Assembly: GCA_964016885.1 (NCBI GenBank)
Contig: OZ024740.1
Coordinates: forward strand, 220,410,001-220,474,000
Origin: Eledone cirrhosa
Taxonomy: Eukaryota
DNA length: 64,000 bases
Reading direction: 5' to 3'
In this document: in pieces, positions 38,711-48,820 of the stretch
Numbering within the stretch: the stretch's first letter is position 1
Layout: each line of letters opens with the position of its first letter
Position numbers and translations under genes: made by a program
Notes under the pieces: generated by a model
The model's database searches: none
Told to the model about the DNA's origin: nothing
Seen by the model: the letters and a program-made list of their open reading frames with translations, nothing else

Positions 38711-39485
38711 CACCAATTGATAATTGTTTTTACTTTATTTCTTTAATATGCCCAAATACTGGTTCCTTTTGACAAAGCCTTGTGCCAACTCTATAAACAG
38801 TACAGTGAATTAATAAAGCAGCTGGCTCAGAACTCCATTTCCTTCTTTTCTAATAGACCCCAATATTATCAGAAGGTCTCTTTGTTTCAAAAGACCATAG
38901 ATCTGCACCTGGAAAACTCCTCTCCAAAGTATAAGGTTTTTTTTGTGGCGGAAAATCATCAGTCATCAATGCATGTAAATCTCCCTTCTCCACACAACAC
39001 CAATGTTGTCAAAGGAAAAGGCAAGGAGCAATACAGCTTCACACCAGTGTCACCACAGGCAAACCCAGAACACAAAGGGCCAAAAGAAATACCATACATC
39101 ATGTTTAAGATGATAACAATTCTGCCAATCCACTGCCCTAGATTGGCACTTTATCAACCCTGAAAGGATAAAAGGCAAAAGTTGACTTCAGCTGGATCTG
39201 AACAGAAAACAGTGAACCAGAATGCATTTAATCTGCCGTTCTAAACAACTCTACCAATTTAACACCTTAATAAGATAATAATAGTCTCTTAAATAACTGT
39301 AAAAACATTATTTGATGGGCTGTCGTTGCAATCAAATACAATACATTTTATTATTACTATATTTCTGCTGGCCTTGTGCCAAAAGTAGAAAAATTATTAC
39401 TATATTTCTAATGAAATACAGTCTAGGATTTTCAAATTATTTTGAAAATAATCAAAAATTCCATCCTTCTAGATAGAATGAAATA

Positions 39486-42095
39486 CCGTATATACTCGCG
39501 TATAGGTCGCATACCCACTTTTCATTTAACAAATAGGCTATTTGCCATTGACTCACAGATAGGTCGCACTGAAATTTGGGCCGTCAAACTACTGTTTTTT
39601 ATGATAATTGAAACTAATAATCTGTTAGCTTTCCATTACTTCGCCTTTGCGATATATACTCCAAACCATGTTTTATTTATAAAATAAACATTAACGTCAT
39701 TGAATTCTCGTCAATTCGAGATTACTGCGAGATAAAGCTTTTAAGCGCGAAAATGAAATTAAATATATTGAAACAAATTGAAATAACACGTGTTTTTTAA
39801 TGTTGAAAGTATAACAGATTTTTTGCGTATCAACATGGCTTCCCAAAGTAGCGAATACCGACTTTGAAGGTTTTACATGCGACGACATTCGAAATGAAAA
39901 AGAAACACAAGATAATATTAGTGATTTATCTTCAAATGAATCAGACGTATTTATTTCTGACGATGATAGTTACTTTGAAAGTGAAAGCGAAGATCTGACG
40001 GACACCATTGAAAATATTACAACAACGTGGTTGAAAGATACAACACCAATACATGTTCACACCTGTTAATGAACTTATATATTGGGAACATTCTGTTACG
40101 TCAATTTACACCGTACATTGTGTAAGAGTACATTGCAAATATTATTTTGACTGGTGAAAGGTTTTATACATTTTTTTCAATGAAAATATTTGCCTGGAAT
40201 GTAGAGAAAGACTAAAACCTTGTACTGATTATATCTGCATTTTTAATTAATTCACCTGTTCAGAAAACTGCTAGAATTGATGGAAGTCAACATCTAGGTC
40301 ATTATTGAATTTTTTGCAACAAATCTAACAGGTAAGGCAGATAAAGTTTAAATTGTTGTGTGTATCCATAAAGTTATTACTTTTACACCTGTTAATTAAT
40401 AGTTTTTTCATTTCTTCATCTGTAACTGTGCATTCGTTATAATAGTCATTCAATTCATCTTCACATTCTTCAATGCCATCTCCCTCATCACTCTCTGCAT
40501 TTTATGTCTTTTCACCAATTAAATCCTCATATAACACATCATCTTCAGTCCCGTCCATCGCATTTGATATGTCACATTTTTTGAAAGCCTTCATTATTAG
40601 CTCTTCAGGGATACTTTCCAAAGCCTCCTTCACCCACTCCACCACTAATCTCAAGCCAGGTCTTTTCAATGATCTACTTTTGGTAATTTCTTTTTCACCC
40701 GATATCATCCAAGAAGTCCAGAGTTTACGGATATAAGTCTTGAAGGGCTTATTTACTGCCACATCAAGGAGTTGTAAGACTGAGGTGCAACCACCAGGAA
40801 TCACTGCTTGTCTTGTTTTACACTCCTTCAGCTTAGCCTTTACAGACTCACAGCAGTGAAATCGAAATATATCCCAAACTAGCAAACTTTGTGGCTTCAG
40901 TAATGCCCCTGGCCTTTTCATCCACACTTCATCAAGCCATAACTTTGTTAAGTTCTCGTCCATCCACTCCTTCGGATGTACCTTCACAATCACATTGCTT
41001 GGAATATTCTCTTTCAGCATAATTTTCCTTTTGAAAATAACCATAGGCCGAAGTTTGTTTCCATCAGCCTGGCATGCTAGAACAACAGTAAAATGTTGTT
41101 TTTCATGACCTGTGGTTTTGACTGTAACAGTTTTGTTACCTACACTATCCACAGTTGTGTTGCCTGGCATGTCAAAGTACATGTGTGTTTCATCCATGTT
41201 GGCTATATTCTCCATGGCAAAATCAAACATTTTTCTTTCCTTTAACACAAATTTTACAAAGTTGTGTGTGTACTTTGTCATCAATATCTTTTGGCAGCTT
41301 TTGTGCAATATGTGTTTTTTGGCGAAGAGTCAGTCCAAACCTGGTGCACCACCCTGCTGACGATTTAAATTGGGATAAGTGGTACTTTGGTGCAAGTTGA
41401 AGGGCTTTCAATCTTATAGAAAGTCTTGTAACAATGTGTCCATTTTCCCTGATATCTAAAACCCAATCATTTAGCTCTTTTTCAAGATCTTGATATAGTG
41501 ATACTCCAAACCTTGCTGCTCTCTTTGATTTAGGCATTTCTTCCAGTTTGTCTTTTTGTTTCCTCCAACTTCTCACCACCTTTTCTGACACTCCAAACTA
41601 CCTTTCTGCTGATCTATTTCCAAATTCTTCTGCATAACCAACCACCTTTAACTTGAAAACTGTTTGTTAACTTTTCTAACTTGCTAATTTTGAAAAGAAA
41701 CGCCACATGCAATAATCTGTTTCCTGTTAAAGTAAATACGTCACAATACGTGTTCATAGCAACGTTAAGACAATGAAATCCCATTTTAAATACTGGGTAT
41801 GCATTTCTATGGATTTTAATGACGGATGGTTCGGTCAGATAGAAAAAAACGTAAACACTACGAAGTTTTAGTAAAAAATTTAAAATGAAGAAATATATGT
41901 ATAAGAAGGTAGATATATGAAATTATTATGTTAAATAATAAAAAATATTAACAAAGTTATTTTTATAAATACCCATCGTTGATTAAGTTTATGAAAAATC
42001 ATTGGTCAGTCTGATGTTGATCGGATAGGTCGCACCCCAAAAATTTATACTTTTTTATCGTTAAAAAAGTGCGACCTATACGCGAGTATATACGG
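39486..42095 (-). mobile_element. pogo-family DNA transposon (CENP-B HTH + DDE_1), frameshifted
   Basis: Perfect 26-bp TIR ccgtatatactcgcgtataggtcgca; TA TSD; ORFs 41223..41591 and 40502..41308 (NMDET, LLVWD, IPGGCTSVLQLLDVAVNKPFK). Confidence 0.95.
39681..40398 (+). mobile_element. Terminus-less piggyBac fragment inside the pogo element
   Basis: Reverse-complement match to ~24975-26098 with an internal deletion; no piggyBac TIR seen at either border. Confidence 0.8.
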
Positions 42096-42199
42096 TACCA
42101 GCCAACTACTGGGGTCAATTTGACTAACTAGCCCCCTCTCCCCTCTTGAATTTCTGGCTTATGCCTTGGTTGAAAACAATTATAGAAGGTATTTAGTAA

Positions 42200-42460
42200 T
42201 ATAACTTTCTGGTTATTATGTAATATAACTTCCTCATTATGAAGCTGGTGGTTGGAGAATAACTTTCTCCTTATCAAGCTGGTGTTTGGAGAATAACTTC
42301 ATTAAGCTGGTGTTTAGAGAATAACTTCATTATTAAGCTGGTGTTTAGAGAATAACCTCTTCATTATTAAACTGGTTTTTCGAGAATAACCTCTTCATTA
42401 TTAAGCTGGTGTTTAGAGAATAACTTTCTCATTATCAAGCTGGTGTTTGAAGAATAACTT
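42200..42460. repeat. About 34-bp minisatellite (~7 units) within a MITE remnant
   Basis: Repeats of taactt(tct)cattattaagctggtgtttagagaa. Confidence 0.8.
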
Positions 42461-44237
42461 AAAGGTTCTTACATAAAATTATGATGGAAGGTTTTAGATA
42501 AATATAAACACATGAAAATAAATATTTTTTAACAGAACCAGAGCCTATTCCAGGCAGTTTGTTATCAAATGGGTTAATAATATAAAAATAATAGCTTCTT
42601 AATAAGACATAAGAAAAATTATTTTAGGTACTATCATTTCAATCAAATACAGTACATTAATGGTATCTTTTATTGACCCAGGAAGGATAAAATTTGACCA
42701 TCATAGTATGAATTAAGAATATAAAAAGATAAAATGAAATACTATAATACAAATGTTTGGTGAATCAACTCAATTCTTTTTGAAATATTGATACAATGAC
42801 ACTCATTTTTTGGCAGAGAAAAATACCAGTAATTGATTGGTACGTATTTTACTGAGCCTGCAAGGATTTTAAAGGCAAAGTTAACCTCCTTCCATACACT
42901 ATTTTTGTCTATACCCCACCCCAGGCCATAGGTAGACAGAGCTCATCAGTTGAGTCAATAATGACAACTACTCTAGTGACGGTGTCATGATAAATGCACC
43001 CAGTACACCCTGTAAGGTGGTTGGTAATAGAAGTGCACCATGTCAAAAGGATTGAGAAGACTCTTTGGTTGTATCAGGGGAACAACAACATCTCAAGTGC
43101 TGGTGATCTACTCAATAAATGATCACCCAACACACTTTGTAAATCGGTTGGTGAAGGGTATCCAGTTGTAGAAAACTTGCCAAACAAGAGTTTGGAAAGA
43201 CTCTTCAGCTTTGCCAAAGACACAACATCCCTAATATTGGTGCCACAATAAAATGCACTCTGTACAGTGTAGGATCATTTATTGGGCTCCCAGCTCACTA
43301 AGAAGACTTTGCTTAAGTACACACTGGTCTGTGATGACATGTCCAACCCTTGCTAGGAAAACAAACATTCAATGATGACAACAATGATGAATGGAGGATA
43401 TTTTGTCTGCCACTCCACTGCAGAATCTGGACTGGTACTATATTTTGTTGATCCTGACAGGACAAATAGCAAAGTTGACCACAACAAGATTTAAATTCTA
43501 GTTTTATCATTGGTTGTTAAACTATTACAAAAATCAGCTGATTTCTTTATAAATTAATCTCATTTATTTATTTTAATTTTCTGTCCATTTGTTTTCATTT
43601 CATAATGAGTATTTTGGTGAGACTCAGTTTATAAATTATATTTATGATGTTGAAATAGTCTACCCTTGTTTTCATTCTAGGAGAATTGGAGTAAATAGCA
43701 TTAGTGATGATTCTGTATTTTAAAAAAAACATTTATTGGGTCTTGTTGTTTAGAAAACAAACAATACTTCACAGTGAAGGTCATTCATTCTCCAACAACA
43801 AGGTTATGATGTCAAAGATTCCTGAAAATTTATAAGTTTCTATGGTTTGATAAAATACTAGAGCAAAGTACCACCAAAGATCTAATTATCTCAAACAATT
43901 ACACCCAGTGAAAACTAACTCAAGAACACTTAAAAAGAAGTGAGAGTGGCATTAGTTGAAACATTAATATGAAACAGACAGACATTTCCTACTAAATAAC
44001 CCAAAAGGTATGGCAAATAAAAAATACACTGTTTTAGATATCATAATCATTGTTTCTCATAAACCATCATCACCATCGTTGTTTTTATATCTATCTTTTT
44101 TTGTGTTAGCAAAGGTTAGATAAAGATGCCCTTCCCAATGCTATCCCATACTTTATTTTATATGTATTATATATACTGATCTTCTTTGTCAAAATTCTAT
44201 GTTCCATGATATAAACAAATGTCACCAGTTGCTTTAA

Positions 44238-44565
44238 CCCTTCAGCATTTACATTATATATACTTTTAGATTTTCACGGTAAAGGCTTTATTTCACATAA
44301 TTATCTCAGCTTTATTCACATAATTATCTCAGCTTTATTTCACATAATTATCTCAGCTTTATTCACATAATTATCTCAGCTTTATTTCACATAATTATCT
44401 CAGCTTTATTCACATAATTATCTCACATATCAAATCTATGAGATTTTGATATCATTTATTTTGAGGACAATACCTTATTTTAGGCATGAGTGGCCAATTA
44501 CAGCTGGTTTGATCAAAAAGATGAGAGAATTCTTGCCAGATACAGCCAGTTTAAATGCTAAAGGG
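44238..44565. mobile_element. piggyBac MITE with an internal 24/23-bp alternating tandem array (44286-44426)
   Basis: TTAA|cccttcagcattta ... taaatgctaaaggg|TTAA; ctttat(t)tcacataattatctcag x6. Confidence 0.88.
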
Positions 44566-45068
44566 TTAAGCAAGGCCAGTAAACTGCGCATACACACACA
44601 CATGCATATAGCTTCATTAACATCATCGTTTTACATTCTTTGTTCTGGCATGGGTTGGATTTTCTCTATCTTTCTCTTTCAGATAATTATCAAATAAGTC
44701 ATCACTTTGTTGACAGGTATATTTAACTTGCCAATCGGTAAATTGGACAATTCTTTGATTAGGGTGATCAACTGCTAGGGCTGACACCAATTGTTGTTTG
44801 AAGGTCAGCAATACCCATGCCTGCTGGCAGACATACACAGACACACCCCCTCATATATCTTTGATAAATATAATTCTGTCTCCTCTTAACAATTATTCTA
44901 TCTCAAGTTGAACAGGCAGATATACTTGGATGCGCACAGACATATACGCACTCACTAAGATATATATCTACATACAACCACTCCCTAACCATAAAAAAAA
45001 ATTTAACACTTCTATGAAGAAAATCTACAATTGGATGAATAATGTATACCTTTATATGGACAACCCAC

Positions 45069-45158
45069 GCCTCTGATGATACAGCTAGTAAACCACAAAG
45101 CCCTTCGGCAAATAGTCTGGAACTAGCTGTTGAAATGGCAAGAGCTCAGCCATCAGGT
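45069..45158 (+). ncRNA. Type I hammerhead ribozyme with intact core
   Basis: gcct CTGATGA t acagctagt [32 nt] actagctgt t GAAA tggc aagagctca gcca TC aggt; cleavage after C45154. Confidence 0.8.
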
Positions 45159-45780
45159 ACCGATTCTTTATAATATAGCTATATTCTACTATCCTTAATG
45201 GCATAGTAGTATCTATAACAGGATATGTGTTACCTCCACACACATCTACCAAACCCACAATGCCTTGCATTGATGAGCTTGTTATTCGGAGATGGTCTGT
45301 AACAACAACACCGACTTTGCAGGCCATTTCTGAATCAAATATTTTCTCTTGCCATAATTCCTTTATTGATTAACTAATTATGCAATATGTACCTGATGAT
45401 GTCACCAGGATCTTGCATAACCAGGCCATTGAAATATATATGGTGTTTTTTGTAATGATAAAACTTTAAGGGAATTTCACCAGTCCGCCCTCCAGTTATT
45501 TTAATCAAATTAATATTCAACACCGTTCTCATACCACCCACAGGACTCAACATCAACAATGGATGATTTGCGTAACGTTGAGTGCTTTTCCTACTATTAC
45601 ATCATGATTAACTATACAGAATGATCAGTTCTATCCAGTGGTGAACCACTAAATTTGAATGAATGAATATATATATATAAAGAACAAAAATTAACAAGCA
45701 TTTAATTGATTTATGACCATTTCGTTAGACTAACAAGAATATTCCATTCCAGAGTTCTTGGCCATGTAAGGTATATATTA

Positions 45781-46106
45781 CAATAGAACCTCAGTTCACG
45801 AACTTAATTCATTCCCGACGGCCATTCATCACCCAAAATGTTCATAAACCGAAACTATTTTCCCCATATGTCATGTTGAGAGAGTAATATAGTTAGAGAG
45901 AGATTGTGTGTGAAAGACAGATAGATATCACCATAGTAACTAACTACACAGCAAGTGACGCTTTCCCACTGATACTCCCAGCTTGTCGCCAACTGTTGTT
46001 GCCGGCTTGTGTGTTTGTTACTCGAGACACCATTCATGAACTAAGACATTATATGTTCAGAAAAACTGTTCATGAACCGATTTGTTCGTGAACCGAGGTT
46101 TCACTG
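45781..46106. mobile_element. Tc1/mariner-pogo-type MITE
   Basis: TA|caatagaacctcagttcacgaac ... gttcgtgaaccgaggtttcactg|TA. Confidence 0.85.
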
Positions 46107-46111
46107 TATTT

Positions 46112-46197
46112 GTATTTAATTGATTCTGAGGAGTTATCCTAACAAGAATGGGATATTCTTATTAGTCTAATGAAATCGTCATAAATCAATTAAATGC
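46112..46197 (+). ncRNA. Type I hammerhead ribozyme with intact core and 14-bp stem I
   Basis: gtatttaattgatt CTGAGGA gttatcctaacaagaat gggat attcttattagtctaat GAAA t cgtc a TA aatcaattaaatgc; cleavage after A46183. Confidence 0.78.
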
Positions 46198-46399
46198 TTT
46201 AATTAAAATCCTTGTTAATCTTTGTTCTTTATATATATATATGCTCTGAGATTGTAGCATTACTGTGATTGGAAATTGACCGTTTGGATTAAACACTGAA
46301 CAGTTTTTTACCTATCTTTCTGTAGACTATAAAATCACATTGAGCTTGAAAAATTATTCAGCCAGACCTAGATTCAATGAAGTTCTAGATGGCACATAT

Positions 46400-48387
46400 G
46401 TCGAGAATGGAGAGGAGACAACTGGGAGTTTCTATAAAATGTCCTGTGAGCTACAGCTCAGATATGCAGATGGAGCAAAGTTACGGCCAGGAGGAAGGGG
46501 ACATCATAGAGGAATGGTACAGTAGATAAAGCCATAAAAGTTAAGAAACAGGCCTGGAATGATTGGAAGAAAGCAAGGGACAAGGAACAGGATCAGGTAA
46601 CTAAAAAAGAAGCTAGAGTCAGGTATAAAATATACCTGACTCAAACAAAGAAGCAGAAAATAAAGGGGTTTGCTAATGTTTTGCTACTTGAGGATCTATC
46701 CTCAATCAGGGTATTTTGGGGGGAAAGCATGTATAGGATGATAAAGTGGCTCACTAACTCTGAGAAAAAGGAGGCATGGAAATGCTACTACAAGAGTTTG
46801 ATGAAAGAGGGGGAAACTATTGCAAATGACAGGAGGAAATGGCCATTAAAGATATGAAAGCAGGAAAAGCAGCTGGAATAAAAGGGGCGGTTACTGAGAT
46901 GTCAAAAATATCCAGAAAAATATGACATAGTTAGTCACTCACTTAGTCAGGTAATGCAGGAAGAGGTAATTCCCAATGACTGGTGAAGTAGTATCATCAA
47001 CTGCTATAAAGGCAAAAATACTGTATACAGAAATGTCTTCAGAGGCAACAAACTGATGAACCAAGTTATGAAAGTAACACAAAGAATCATCAACCAACTA
47101 ACTGAGAAGAAAATTAGCTTAGATGATGCACTAATATTCTCTTCCTAATGAAATAACTATAGAAGTTCTTAGCAAAGACCAAGCCCTATGATTTATTGAT
47201 CAGGAAAAGAACTTTGACAGGGTAGGATGCTCTGTAGTTTGGTGGTCTTTAACAAAACTAGGTGTAGAAAAACAGCTTATGCAAGCCATGTAGAGAGATG
47301 CTGTCAGCAAACTGAGTTTATAACAAGTACAGCAAGGAATTGTACATGCAGATAGGTGTCCACCAGGGCTCAGTCCTTTCTTGTTTAGTTACAGTTGTCA
47401 ATGCTATAAGAACTGTCTCTGGGAACTTCTGTATAGCAATAACCTAGTTCTCATAGTTAAATCTATTAAAGAATTATAGAAGAAATTCTAAACATGAGAG
47501 CAAAACATAGAATCATAGAGTCTTTAAGCAAACCTAGCAAAGACAAAAATGTTAGCTAGTAGGAAATAAATCAGAGCTCTTGGAATTGGCCATCTTGGTA
47601 TACAGAAAAAAAATAGGAATTACAAATGGTGAATCCACTGCCTAACTATAGGTGCATAAGAGGTGCAGCGGGAACATAAGCTAACAAAGAAGAAGGACTT
47701 GTTATGCACAGGAGTACTTAGCAGTAAGTGCACCTATGGCTTAAATTATTTCAAATGCTTGTAGGGCTAATTAAAAGTAGTTAACTTCTATTATCTAGTT
47801 AACCTAATTAGCAGTAAAGGAGTGTGTTCTTAAATCATAATAGTCAGAGTAAGAACGGAGTGGAAAAAGTTTAGTAAGCTATCACCTCTGCTGGCAACAA
47901 AGGGATTTCCCAAATGCAGGGAAATTTTTATGATGTATTTATAGGACATATGTAGCAGGGTAACGAAACATGGGCATTGAATGTAGATGGTGTGCAAAGG
48001 CTGGAAAGAAATGAAGTGAGCATGCTGCACTGGATATGTAATGCTAGTGTGAACAAATGATACTACACATGAACTGAAAGAAAAACCTAGTTTAAGAAGA
48101 ATCACAATGTAATGAGCTAGAGATGAGATTGAGCTGGTGTGGACATGTGATGTTTATGAAAAATTTCAATTGTATAAAGAAAATAACAAGCAACCCAAAT
48201 AGAAAAAAGCTGCTGAAGAGCAAGACCAAGCTGGGCAGAATTAGTAAAAGCTCATCTCAGGAGACTAAACTTCATAAAAGATATGACATAGGGCTACAAG
48301 AAGTGGTGAGATGCTGTGCTGAAGACTCATCCAACCCATGCAAGCATGGAAAAACACATGTAAAATGATGGCAGTGATGATGATGAT
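46400..48387 (+). mobile_element. Old, heavily degraded RTE LINE
   Basis: Remnants GKAAG, IGVHQGSVLS, RLSWCGHVM; tail aacccatgcaagcatgg...(GAT)n. Confidence 0.8.
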
Positions 48388-48787
48388 AAAAGGAACTAGG
48401 GGCAGTGTGTACACAAAATTCTTCAGTAGACTTGCTGCTAATCTTTATCTTGTTTAGAGTATCTTCATTCATTGCTTGAACGACTCTTATAAACCAGTCA
48501 TCTAGCCTTGTTTCAGGCACCACTAGTAACAAGCTAATTGGTAGGTTTTTAAAAACAACAAAACAAAACAAATATCAATCCTAACCTAAGACAATGGAGG
48601 AGTAGAGAATATGATCAAAGATAGCTAGGTGAGAATGTTTCAGATGTATCCAATATCTATTATTTCTGACACAAAATATGACACTTGACAGGTAAGATTA
48701 ATGAAGTTTCTAACACCTATGTTTTTATAAACATATTTCTTACCAAAAAAAAAAAAAAAAAAAAAAAACAGAAATAAATATACTTAC

Positions 48788-48820
48788 ATGTTGGCATTCC
48801 TTGCTTAGTTCTTCCCCAAC
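48788..48820 (-). CDS. GLG1: GLG1 33-nt coding micro-exon (VGEELSKECQH), most 5' exon found
   Basis: tttttag|GTTGGG...CAACAT|gtaagta; phase 0/0; joins in frame to LLWIYKRNLT; resembles the vertebrate GLG1 segment 'EISSDCNH-LLWNYKLNLT' as recalled. Confidence 0.85.

Noticed and set aside
42200-44426. CRISPR-like arrays
   Set aside because: Head-to-tail repeats without unique spacers, inside eukaryotic MITEs
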